Positions 1 through 11,692 of a DNA stretch of 64,000 nt are shown here, piece after piece. Numbering within the stretch: position 1 is the first letter of the stretch; the number at the start of each line of letters is the position of its first letter. Source of the stretch: Mobula hypostoma (lineage: Eukaryota); contig NC_086097.1 of assembly GCF_963921235.1 (NCBI RefSeq), positions 234,672,001-234,736,000 of the forward strand, in the 5' to 3' direction. A program made the translations under genes and the position numbers. A model generated the notes under the pieces. The model was not told the DNA's origin. It did no database searches and saw nothing but the letters and a program-made list of their open reading frames with translations.

Positions 1-243
1 AATGGCCTGATATGGCAACCTGCTCTGCATATAACCACAAGAAAGAGCAGAGGCACAGCTCAGCACAACACAGAAACCAACCCCTCCACAGACTCCAGCT
101 ACAACTGTCACTGCTTCAGTACAGCAGCCAGCAGGTCAGAGACCCCACCCACCCTGCACATTCTCTCTCCTCCCCCCTCCCCATCAAGTAGACGATACCA
201 AACTGTGAAAGCATGTACCACCAGACTCAAGGGCAGCTTCTAA

Positions 244-790
244 TCACCCCCACGTGGAGCATTGTGCTCGGTTCTGGTCGCCTCACCACAGGAAGGGTGT
301 GGAAACCATAGAAAAGCTGCAGAGGAGATTTACAAGGATGTTGCCTGGGTTGGAGAGCATGCCTTATGAGAATAGGTTGAGTGAGCTCGGCATTTTCTCC
401 TTGGAGCGACAGAGGATGAAAGGCGACCTGATAGAGGTGTATAAGATGATGAGAGGCATTTTTCGTGTGGATAGTCAGAAGCTTTTTCCCAGGGCTGAGA
501 TGGCTAGCACGAGAGGGCACAGCTTTAAGGTGCTTGGAAGTAGGTACAGAGCAGATGTCAGGGGTAAGTTTTTTTATGCAGAGAGTAGTGAGTGTGTGGA
601 ATGGGCTGCCGGCAATGCTGGTGGAGGCGGGTATGATAGGGTTTTTTTGGAGACTCCTGGATGGGCACATGGAGCTTAGAAAAATAGAGGGCTACAGGTA
701 ACCCTAGGTATATTCTAAGGTATGGACATGTTTGGCACAGCTTTGTGGGCTGAAGGGCCTGTACTGTGCTATAGGGTTTCTACATTTCTA
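244..790 (+). mobile_element. 5'-truncated CR1 LINE (ORF2 C-terminus + 3' UTR)
   Basis: ORF 254-679 EHCARFWSPHHRK..IEKLQRRFTRMLPG..RGHSFKV, the typical CR1 ORF2 C-terminus; tail ...GGGTTTCTACATTTCTA. Confidence 0.93.
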
Positions 791-1070
791 TAATTCACTA
801 TTATAAAACTACAGTGCATTAAGATGGACCCTTGACCTGACTGTCTACCTTGTTATGACCTTACACCTTGTGGTCTACCTGCCTGGATGACAGGAGCAAT
901 GGTTCTTGTGCAGGTTGATAGTAGTAGGCAGTCTAAATGTTTCAGAATGAACTAGATGGGCCAAAGGGGCTGCTTCTATGCTGTACTTTTCTATGACACT
1001 ATGGCTTCACTTTCTCTGTAACTGTAACACGTTATCCTGTAGTCTGTTATTGTTGTGCTACCTCAATGTA

Positions 1071-1472
1071 CGAGGGATGATTGATAAGTTTGTGACCTAG
1101 GGTAGAAGGAGTCAATCTTAGAAAGCCTGGCACATTTATTTTTCAACATAGTCCCCTCCTACATTTACACACTTAGAAGGAGATGAGTTATGAACTTCAA
1201 ATTTTCTGCATAATCACTCAAAGAATTGAACTGCAAGAGCTGTATAACTCATCTCCTTCTACTTTAGGCCACAAACTTATCAATCACCCTCCTGTGGACC
1301 ACTCACTGGTGGTCCAAGACGTCGACTTCCACAAAGAAGGGATCTGTACGCTCCACAACCACTGGACTAAGTGTGTACATGTAGGAGGGGACTATGTTGA
1401 AAAATAAATGTGCTAGGTTTTCTAAAATTGGCTCCTTCTACCTTAGGCCACAAACTTATCAATCACCCCTCG
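1071..1472 (+). mobile_element. Non-autonomous mariner element with ~105-bp TIRs and TA TSD
   Basis: TA|CGAGGGATGATTGATAAGTTTGTG...CACAAACTTATCAATCACCCCTCG|TA; internal frame ends WTKCVHVGGDYVEK*, a mariner transposase C-terminus. Confidence 0.9.
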
Positions 1473-2771
1473 TATTCTTGTAATGAATTAATGGACATTC
1501 TGCAAGACAAGTTTTTAATCGTACCTCAGTATATGTAACAATAATAATTAATGGACCAATCTACATTTGGTTTCTGTGATATAACAGGTGACCATATTAT
1601 TGGAACTCAAAGTAACAGACTTGATTGGGTGAAGTTCAAGGAAATCACTGCATCTCTTGGAAGGACTGTTCGGGTCTCTGCATGTTGTGAAGTTATTAGG
1701 TAAAAGAGCAGGTATTGCATCTCCTGCAGTAGCATGGAAAAGTGCCATGAGAAGTGGGATGGCTAGTGACAGGCCAAGAATGACCTTTGGAGTTGTGATT
1801 AATGGATTAGTTTAATCTATGTATGAACGCATAGTAGGATAGGCTTGTTACAACAATGACTTTGGAGTGAAAGAAATGCTAATTAATAAAGTTACAGGTG
1901 ACAACATAAAAGTTTAAATGTGTAGCTATTCAGACTTTTCATTATCAATTTAGTTCCAAGTTAAATTATAAACCAAAAGCTTCTATATTTGCCAACCGCA
2001 GTAGCAGTTTGAATGTGTCCTGACGGTCATTTCCTTGTAAGTGTGCCTTCTCTTCAGAAACTCCCAGAAATGCCAAGCGTAACTGGGTTATATTTAGTTT
2101 TTATTAAAGCTGATTCTGACCTAACCATTGTTCTGCCAGATTTGTACCAGGAGATTCAAATTCCTCAGATCTCTGCCCTGATTGTTTTGATGCACCAAGC
2201 TGAAGTAATTGAAATATTCCCAGTACTTTGGAATAACTGAAGATGTACGAGTTACTGGGTTAATTTGTCTCATGGGTGTAATTTGGTGTTGCAGATGTGT
2301 TTGGCTAAAAGAGCCTATTACCATGCTATATCTCTAAATCTAAATCTAAATCTGAATTTAAACAAGTGATCATTTTTCACTAGTTTGAATTACTGGTGAC
2401 GTTTTGTATTAGATCAATCAATTGTTACTTCCAAGCTTTTACTGTAGAAATTCCATCATTTACAACAGTCTAACTGATATTTCAGTACATTGTCAAGAAC
2501 ACACTCCTTGATATGGTGCAATGCTTCCAACTTCATAGAACATAGAAATTCCATTGCAAGCTTCTTCAGGATGAAGTATGAAATGCTTCTATTTCATTTC
2601 CTGGTTCTGTCATGGCTGAGGATACCAATTCTTCTGCAGAAAGCGAAAGAAGTGCCCGGTGAAGCAAATGGTTTGTAAAATGTTTTGTGTTCTCTGTGTG
2701 AGATGGGGTTTTGTGTGCTTCTAATGCAATGGACAAGATTCTCAGTGACACCTGAATGCTCTTTCTCCACT

Positions 2772-2970
2772 TTGGTCGCGAGAGTGTGGAACGAGCTGCC
2801 AGCGGGTTCGATTAAAACATTTAGGAGAAGTTGGATAGGTGCATGGGGGAAGGGGTATAGAGAGCAATGGTCCCTGTGCAGGCCGATAGGAGTAGGCAGT
2901 TTAAGTGACTTGGAACAGACTAGATGGGCCGAACAACCCATTTCTGTGCTGTACTTTTCTATGACTCTAT
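2772..2970 (+). mobile_element. Short CR1 3' fragment
   Basis: VARVWNELP motif; 3' UTR GGGCCGAACAACCCATTTCTGTGCTGTACTTTTCTATGACTCTATG. Confidence 0.85.
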
Positions 2971-3590
2971 GAATGACCATAAGCCAGAGTACACGTGTCA
3001 GTGAGGATATAACTTCATCGAGAACATCGGCGCCTACGTGAAGTGTTTTCTCTGACCACCTGTTAACCTCTTCCCAAACAAATGGCAGTTCAGGAAGTTA
3101 GGTGTCACTGATGTGGTCTGTACAACATGTCCAACTGGAACCTTGGTGCTCCAGCTTTTGGTTTTAATTGCAGGAGGAAATTAATCCAAAGCTAGTTCTA
3201 AGTATGGTCAATATTAACTGAAATAAGTTGTTTAAATATAGACAACTATCAAATGTTATAGAGTAGTGTCAAAATGTTATGTTTATACCTATCAAATGAA
3301 TATTTTTTAAAAAATGTATAATGCTTTTAAATGAAAATAACATAATTTCACTTTATTATTAGTGAAAGTGAAAACATGTTCTCCACACTGAGTTCACAGC
3401 AAGCTAACTCTATAAATGTATTAGTATGGATCAATTATTTTCCCCAGTCCTCTCCTGAATGGTATTACTATCTGCAGTTTGTTATGGGATTAAGAGAATG
3501 ATTAAAAGCTGCTAATTATACTGAAGTAAATTCCAATCTACATATGAACTTAATCAACATAAGTTTTACAAGAGAAAAATCTTTTGTAAT

Positions 3591-3826
3591 CGTTATACTG
3601 TTGTAGCTCCAAAAACTAATTGAAAGAAAAACAGGGGAGCTGGGAAAGCGTGACTACTTTGATTTTTTTTTCCTTTAGTAAGGTGCTCATATAGGATGTA
3701 AAAATATATGCTATTCACGTACTCCTTACATATAATTCATAATGAATTATGTAACGAAACAAAGAACACTTAATCAAACAATCTATTTACAATATTTCTC
3801 AAATACTACTGAAATATTACATTGCA
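3591..3826 (-). mobile_element. Solo LTR with 5-bp TSD
   Basis: GTAAT at 3586-3590 and 3827-3831; minus strand starts TG and ends ..TAACG (canonical CA mutated); AT-rich, LTR-like interior. Confidence 0.65.
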
Positions 3827-4330
3827 GTAATGCTTGTAATTTATTCTATAGACTGATTCATTTTACTTAATAATTTATTTTTTATTTAAGCTCCGTATTT
3901 ATTTTTAACTTTATGACACGAACCACTTTATAACAAAATATTGATATTCCTAACAATCAAAGATCATTCTCATATTTGTAGCCCATTTTTCCTTAATTTG
4001 GAACAGGCTAAGTAATTGCATAATGATGATAAGAAGCAACTTGAGCTCTGCGTGCATTGTGGGACACTAAATGCATCACTGTTGACAAATTAATGAGGGA
4101 ACGTATTAATATTTTAAGTTTCAATCAATCATCTTTCACACAGAAGTCGGGTTTATTCAGTGTTCTGTTTCCTGAGATGTGTGGTAGTGACTTCCAACTG
4201 CATTGACTCCAGGGAGGAATTGTCACCAATCGTTATCTGAAATCAATGTGAAATTATGGGCACAAATGACTTCAGGGACTTCTAGTTCTTGTTTCCTTCC
4301 AAAGCTTCTTGCAACGAAAAGGGAGATGTG

Positions 4331-6252
4331 CTCTCGGTGGCCACTTTATTAGGTACATCTGTACACTTGCTCATTGGTACGCATCTTTGGTATACATCAA
4401 AATTACATCTGAAGGCAGTCACCTCCAGCCGGAATGGGGAGGGGATGCAAAAGAACTGAGCCCTGTCCAACAGTTGTGCCAGTGATGGACTGGACAGTTT
4501 AGAAGGGAGAGGTCCGTGCAGACATTCAAATAAAGACTACCCCAACCCTTCCTGTACATTGATGAGAGGGCCTGTGAACCTGATACATTTACCTTGCTGG
4601 TGCCCTCAAAAGAGAGAGTTTTAGCTACCAGAGAATGAAGGGGTGAAGACAAGGAATGTGTCGAAGCCGCAATTGGCCAGCATGGGAAGAGCCAGTGAAC
4701 GTATAAACAAAGCCGCATTTCTAAAGACTGTTGTTCAAATTTCTGGAACAATCCCCCTGCTTAGCATTTTGTAGGCAGCTATTAGGGATGCTAGGGTAAA
4801 TTGTAGATGCACATAAAATAGCTGGGGAAAATTCAGAGGTAGGGCATTTTTGCTGCCCTATTTGAGTAGATCCTCCTTACGTTTGGCCTTTCCTGGTACA
4901 AATTTATTTTTGTCCAGGAGTGCCAAGGGGGTTGGGGGGTGGAACTGTTGGAGCAGTTTTTAGCGTTAGCATGTAGCAATTAACTTAACTGACTTCGGCC
5001 ACTAGCCTTCCTATTCGAATATGCATTGTAGATTAAATTTAAAATACAGGCCAGAAAGACTAGGAAACAGACACTTAACTGATGTTTACACGTGCATGAA
5101 TCTGATCAACATCCCATTGCATGGCTGCAACAACAATGAACACCTATTATGGGTGTAATGGTGGGAAGAGCCGGGAATTTTAAACTGTTAATGTGTAGAA
5201 CATAGAACATAGAAATCCACATACATTACAGGCCCTCCGGCCCACAATGTTGGGCTGACCATGTAACCTATGCTGCCTAGAATTTCCCTGGTGCATAGCC
5301 CTCTATTTTGTCCGCTCCATGTAGCTATTTAAGATGCTTTTAAAAGACCCTGTTTCATCCGCTTCCACCACCGTTGCCGGCAGTGTATTCCACACACCCA
5401 CCACTCTCCGTGTGAAAAACTTACCCCTGACATCCTCTCTATACCTATTTCCAAGCACCTTAAGACTATGCCCCCTCATTATAGCCATTTCAACCCTGGG
5501 AAAAAGCCTCTGGCTATCCACACGATCAATGGCCCTCATCATTGTATACAACTAGCTCAAGAGAACATTGAAAATATGGATTTGTTTGAATGATCCTGAG
5601 TTTTCTTTGATCTTTAGCACATAAAATGCTGGGTAGCACTGGGCCAGGCAGACTGCTGCCCCTCCCACCCCCAAAAAGGATCTCCATATGATGCCTGCTG
5701 TATCTTGTTTAAAGAGGCTGCTTCATACTTACCAGTACTTCTCTCTGGTGACTTCATTCATACAACAACACTCACTAATCTAATCAGCTACTCATGTGGC
5801 AGCAACTCAATACATAAAAGCATGCAGATATGGCCAAAAGGTTCAGTTTTCCAGACCAAATATCAGAATGCAGAAGAAATTTGATTTAGCTGACTTTGTG
5901 CCTGGAGTGATCACCGGTGCCAGGCAGGATAGTTTAAGTATCTTAGAATCTGCTGATTTCATAGAACATAGGACACCTCCTGAGATTTTCATGCATAACA
6001 GTATCGGGAGTTTACAAAGAATAGTACAAAAATCAAAACAAAAACATCCAGTGAGTAGCAGTTCTGCAGGCAAAAATTGCCTTGTTCATGAGAGATGTCA
6101 GAGGAAAATGACCAGACTGGTACAAGCTGAGAGAAAGGTGACAGTAACTCTGCTAACCACACTTACACATCGAACCTTGACGTGGATGAGCTACAGCAGC
6201 CAAACACTGCACTGGGTTCCACTCCCATATCCAAATAAATGGCCACAGAGTG
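4331..6252 (+). mobile_element. Internally deleted Tc1-like DNA transposon split by a ~1.4-kb insertion
   Basis: Left TIR CTCTCGGTGGCCACTTTATTAGGTAC (4331) matches right TIR ..AAATAAATGGCCACAGAGTG|TA (6252); 5868-6230 encodes a degenerate Tc1 N-terminal HTH (KKFDLADF..GVITGARQ..LSI.E.AD..; RKMTRLVQAERKVTVT). Confidence 0.85.
5197..5552 (-). mobile_element. CR1 3' fragment
   Basis: ORF 5303-5551 IDRVDSQRLFP..RGHSLKV..FFTRRVVGVWNTLP; (TTCTATG)n tail at 5197-5214. Confidence 0.9.
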
Positions 6253-6362
6253 TATTTCATCAGTGCAAAGAAATACTGTAAAGACTTTGAAGTCTTTAAG
6301 ACTTTACTCTTTCTTGCATTAGCAGGCTGGGTGATTCAGCATGGATCTGGACAGATCATCCG

Positions 6363-7298
6363 TAAGACCATAAGACATAAGAACAGAATTAGGCCATTCA
6401 GCCCATCGAGTCTGCTCCATCATTCCATCATGGCTTATACCGGATCCCACCCAACTCCATACACCTGCTTTCTCGCCATATCCTTTGAAGCCCTGACTGA
6501 TATGGAAATGATCAACTTCCACCTTAAATATACCCATGGACTTGGCCTCCAGCACAGTCTGCGGCAGAGCATTCCACAGATTCACTACTCTCTGTCTTAA
6601 AAAAAATCCTCCTCACCTCGGTTCTAAAAGGTCACTCTTCAGTTATGAGGCTGTGCCCTCTACCCTCCAGTTCTGGATGTCCCCACCATAGGAAACATCC
6701 TCTTCATGTCCACCCTACCTATCCTTTCAACATTCGGTAGGTTCTAATGGAATCCACACACCCCCCACCCCCCCAGCATTCTTCAAAATTCCAGTGAGTA
6801 CAGGACCCAAAGCTGCCAAATGCTCCTCTTTCATTCCCAGAATTATCCTCGTTTACCTCCTCTGGACTCTCTCCAACGACAACACGTTCTTTCTGAGATT
6901 TGGGGCCCAAAAGTGTTGACAATACTCCAAGTGCGGCCTGACTAGTTTCAAAATAATAATAGTGCCATAATAAGGCTCAGCATTATCTCCTTACTTTTAT
7001 ATTTTATTCTCCTTGAAATAAATGCCAACATTGCATTTGCCTTCTTTACAACAGACTCAACCTGTAAATTAATCTTCTGGGAGTCTTGCACGAGGACTCC
7101 TAAGTCACTCTGCACCTCTGATGTTTGAACCTTCTCCCCATTTTGATAATAGTCCGCACTGTTGTTCCCTTTACCAAAATGTATTATCATACATTTCCCA
7201 ACACTGTATTCCATTTGCCACTTTTCATCCATTCTTCCAATTTGTCAAAGTTCTGCTGCAATCGCATTGCTTCCTCACCCCTACCTACCCCTCCACCT
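6363..7298 (-). mobile_element. 5'-truncated CR1 LINE
   Basis: WQMEYSVGKC..IHFG..DLGVLV (6948-7232) and NLWNALP (6319-6585); (TCTTATG) tail. Confidence 0.9.
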
Positions 7299-7395
7299 AT
7301 CAGAATCAGAATCAGGTTCATTATCACCGGCATGTGACGTGAAATTTGTTAACTTGACAGCAGCAGTTCAATACAATACATAATCTAGCAGAGAA

Positions 7396-7428
<33 letters not shown>

Positions 7429-10420
7429 CTATCTATCTATATCTATAATAAATAAACAAGTAAATCAATTATGTATATTGAATGGATTTTTTAAAAATGC
7501 GCGAAAACAGAATACTGTATATTAAAAAAAAGTGAGGTAGTGTCCAAAGATTCAATGTCCATCTAGGAATCAAATGGCAGAGGGGAAGAAATTGTTCTTG
7601 AATCGCTGAGTGTGTGCCTTCAGGCTTCAGTACCTCCTACCTGATGGTAACAGTGAGAAAAGGGCATGCCCTGGGTGCTGGAGGTCCTTAATAATGGACG
7701 CTGCCTTTCTGAGACACTGCTTCCGGAAGATGTCCTGAGTACTTTGTAGGCTAGTGCTCAAGATGGAGCTGACTAGATTTACAACCTTCTGCAGCTTCTT
7801 TTGGTCCTGTGCAGTAGCTCCTCCATACCAGACAGTGATGCAGCCTGTCAGAATGCTCTCCACAGTACAACTACAGAAGTTTTTGTGTGTAAACAGTTGA
7901 TCTGTCAAATGTCCTCAAACTCCTAATAAAGTATAGCCGCTGCCTTGCCTTCTTTATAACTACATCGATATGTTGGGACCAAGTTAGATCCCCAGAGATC
8001 TTGACACCCAGGAACTTGAAGCTGCTCACTCTCTCCACTTCTGATCCCTCTATGAGGATTGGTATGTGTTCCTTCATCTTACCCTTCCTGAAGTCCACAA
8101 TCAGCTCTTTCATCTTACTGACGTTGAGTGCCAGGTTGTTTCTGTGACATCACTCCACTAGTTGGCATATCTCACTCCTGTACGCCCTCTCATCACCATC
8201 TGAGATTCTACCAACAATGCTTGTATTGTCAGCAAATTTATAGATGGTATTTGAGCTATGGCTAGCCGCACAGTCATGTGTATATAGAGTGTAGAGCAGT
8301 GGGCTAAGCACACACCCCTGAGGTGCGCCAGTGTTGATTGTCAGCAAGGAAGATATGGTATCACCAATCCGCATAGATTGTGTCTTCTGGTTAGGAAGTC
8401 GAGGATCCAATTGCAGAGGGAGGTACAGAGGCCCAGGTTCTGCAACTTCTCAATCAGGTTTGTGGGAATGATGGTATTAAATGCTGAGCTATAGTCAATG
8501 AACAGCATCCTGACGTAGGTGTTTGTGTTGTCCAGGTGTCTAAAGCCATGTGGAGAGCCATTGAGATTGTGTCTGCCATTGACCTATTGTGGCGATAGGC
8601 AAATTGCAATGGGTCCAGGTCCTTGTTGAGGCAGGAGTTCAGTCTAGTCATAACCAACCTCTCAAAGCATATCATCACTGTCGATATGGGTGCTACCAGG
8701 CGATAGTCATTAAGGCAGCCCACATTATTCTTCTTAGGCACTGGTATAATTGTTGCCGTTTTGAAGCAAGTTGAACTTCCACCCATAGCAGTGAGAGGTT
8801 GAAAATGTCCTTGAATATTCCCATTATTTGGTTGGCACAGGTTTTCAGAGCCTTACCAGGTACTCCATCAAGACCTTCCGCCTTGCGAGGGTTCACTCTC
8901 TTTAAAGACAGTCTAATATCGGCCTCTGAGACGGAGATCACAGGGACATCAGGTGCAGCAGGGATCTTCACAACTGTAGTTGTGTTCTCCCTTTCAAAGC
9001 GTGCATAGAAGGCATTGAGTTCATCTGGTAGTGAAGCACCGCTGCCATTCATGCTATTGGGTTTTGCTTTGTAAGAAGTAATGTCTTGCAGACCCTGCCA
9101 GAGTTGTCGTGCATCTGATGTCACCTCCAACTTTGTTCAAAATTGTCTCTTCACCCTTGAAATAGCCCTCCACAAATCATACCTGGTTTTCCGGTACAGG
9201 CCAGGGTCACCAGACTTGAATGCCACAGATCCAGTCTTCAGCAGACGACGTACCTCCTGGTTCATCCGTGGCTTTTGGTTTGGGATCGTACAGTAAGTCT
9301 TTATAGGCACACACTCGTCCGCACAGGTTTTAATGAAGTCAGTAACAAATGCAGTCTACTCATCGAGATTTGAAGATGAATCCCTGAATACAGTCCAGTC
9401 CACCAATTCAAAGCAGTCCTGTCGGTTCTTTTGTGCTTCTCTTGTCCATACCTTCTTGGTCTGGACAGCACACTGCTGGTGCTGCAGTCTTCAGTCTCTG
9501 CTTATACTCAGGGAGTAGAAGTACAGCCAGGTGATCAGACTTCCTGAAATGAGGGCATGGAATAGCACAGTAGGCAGTCTTGATGGTGGTGTAGCAATGG
9601 TCCAGTGCGTTGTTTCCCCTGGTATTGCAAGTGCTGGTAGTTGCTTAGAGATTTTTTCAGACTGGCCTGGTTAAAATCTCCCAAGACGATGGTGAAGGCA
9701 TTATGGTGCGCTGTTTCGTGCATATTGATCCCATTACTCAGATCATCCAAAGCCTGCTTAACATTGGCCTGAGGTAGAATGTAAACTGCAACCAAAATGA
9801 TCCCAGAGAATTCCCACGGCAGGTAAAAAGGACGGCACTTTACTGCTAGATATTCCAGGTCCGGTGAACAGAATTGGGACAGCACTGATATATTTGTGCA
9901 CCAAGAGTTGATCATGAGACATACTCTTTCACCTCTGCTTTTGAGAGACTCTACAGATCTATCCTGACGGTGTATAGTAAACCCCTCAATCTAAATCGCT
10001 GCATCCAGTATGGAAGGGGTTAACCAGGATTCTGTTCAACAAAGGGCGCGCGTGGTCCTAATGTCCCTCTGATTCAGCACCCTGGCTCTGAGATCATCAA
10101 TTTTATTCACCAAAGACTGCATGTTCGCCAGCAAGATAGTCGGTATGGGGAGTTTAAAACCCCATTTCCTTAAACGCAGTTATAACCCTGGTCTACACCT
10201 GCGCTTCCTCCGAGGTGCCCTCGGTGGGCATTTCTGGCCATAATCAGTGTTGCTTCTGTCAGTTATAAGCAGAGATAGTTCATTTAAACGCATTAAGTCA
10301 TCTTGACTGTACTGACCTTGGAAGCAGTTGTGCTTTTTAGTTGTATCAGGCTGAAACGGGAATACTTAATTGTATCCATTGAGAGTACTGCTGCTACTTC
10401 AGTTGCATCCTGGTGCCACA
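7299..10420 (-). mobile_element. Near full-length, frameshifted Rex1/Babar-like LINE (APE endonuclease + RT)
   Basis: DLEYLAVKCRPFYLP.EFS..ILVAVY and GDFNQA (APE); LNDYRLVA..CFERLV, TGAPQGCVLSPLLY.LYTHDC, KFADNT (RT); (TTCTGA)n tail at 7299-7318. Confidence 0.9.
7398..7445. repeat. (AAT)n then (ATCT)n microsatellites within the LINE 3' UTR
   Basis: Direct reading of the sequence. Confidence 0.9.
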
Positions 10421-10919
10421 GAAGTAATCATCCACAAACTGCGATCTTCAAATCACAGGCTCTAATAGTTGCAGAATCACACTCGTCAAAACATAATTGT
10501 AAAACACATAAAAGGAGTTCGGTATATGGTTTCATGATCTATGCAGGAGAGGTTGACTGAAGGAGTGTTGTACCCTGAGGCGATCTCGACTAGAGGGGTA
10601 GGTTTAAACAGGAAGAAGTTTTCTTCCTATTTAGTAACTTATAAAGGATTAGTAGGTTGGGAGACTGATTTGTGGAACACCTGCATGGGAGTATCTCAAT
10701 AGGTTCATTTGGTTCAATTTACTATCAGAGAAATGTACACAATATACATCCTGAAATTCTTTTTCTTTGCAAACATCTATGAAAACAGAAGAGTGCCCCA
10801 AAGAATGAATGACAGTTAAATGTTAGAACCCAGAATAATCCTGATTCCCTAGATGCTTTCCACTTTAATTCACTGTCTCATCCAACACTCTGAACTCTGT
10901 TTGAGCAATGGTTAAGGAT

Positions 10920-11215
10920 AAAGAAAGATTAGTTTTATTTGTCATGTGTAACATCAAAATATACAGTGAAATGTGTCATTTGTGTCAAGTCAAATTAGTG
11001 AGGATTCTGCTGGGCAGCCCACAAGCAGTGCTATGCTTCTGGTGTCAACATGAGCAGCCCAGAACTCACTGAGCTTAAATAGTGTGGGAGGAAGGTGGAG
11101 CATATGGTCCTGGGAAAAACGTACAAATACCTTATAGACAATGGCAGGAAATAAAGCTCGATCTTACATTTGATGCTGTAATAGCTTTACGCTAAAGTGT
11201 TACATCATGGTACTG
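10920..11215 (-). mobile_element. Degenerate V-SINE-like element
   Basis: TGTGGGAGGAAGGTGGAGCA..CTGGGAAAAACGTACAAATACCTTATAGACA is the antisense V-domain; tail matches 60420-60752. Confidence 0.6.
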
Positions 11216-11227
11216 CCCTGATCAATG

Positions 11228-11645
11228 TAGCCCAATGCAAATTTGAGGAGCAAGACACCATTGATTACCTGAGCACACTTTAACCTATTGAGTTCTCAAA
11301 ACTTCAACAGCTCACTTCTTCTTTCTGTTTGTATGAGAAAAAGACATGTTAGTCTGCCATCCCACTTTTCCATCTCTTTTGAGTAGTCAGACAATATAAT
11401 GTTAGTACACATTGCACAAGCTTTAATAGTATCTCCCATTATTTCACTCTGTAAAATAAATTCCCTTTGTTGCACCCATTGCTTTCCCCACCTCCAAAGG
11501 CATTCTCAACAAACTTGTTTCTCTCTGTCTCCATTCCAATAAAGGGCTCCATACCTGAAGAACTGACTATTTTTCTTTTCACAGATGCTGTCTGGCCTGC
11601 TGAGCTTTGCCAGCTTTTTGTGTTTCTGTTAAGCATTTGTAGTTT
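11228..11645 (+). mobile_element. Old Penelope-like element 3' end (GIY-YIG C-terminal remnant + decayed pLTR)
   Basis: GCCCAATGCAAATTTGAGGAGCAAGAC ~ 'AQCKFEEQ', cf. RLEEQHLIF in 29091-29375; pLTR motif CAGATGCTGTCTGGCCTGCTGAG at ~11582. Confidence 0.6.
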
Positions 11646-11692
11646 TCATCATAGCAGTTTAAACATAAGATACAGAAAGACATCTCTTCTTT

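Larger units (their letters stand above)
1..1550 (+). mobile_element. Degenerate Rex1/Babar-like LINE 3' end, fragmented by a CR1 and a mariner insertion
   Basis: 1-243 resembles the 'I.KDPTHP.H.LFSLLPSGRRY' region of the Rex-like copies at 7627-7908 and 24790-25040; tail-like sequence resumes after 795 and after 1475. Confidence 0.5.

Noticed and set aside
2013..2700. Short ORFs and acceptor-like sites
   Set aside because: No recognisable protein similarity or consistent splice and frame structure
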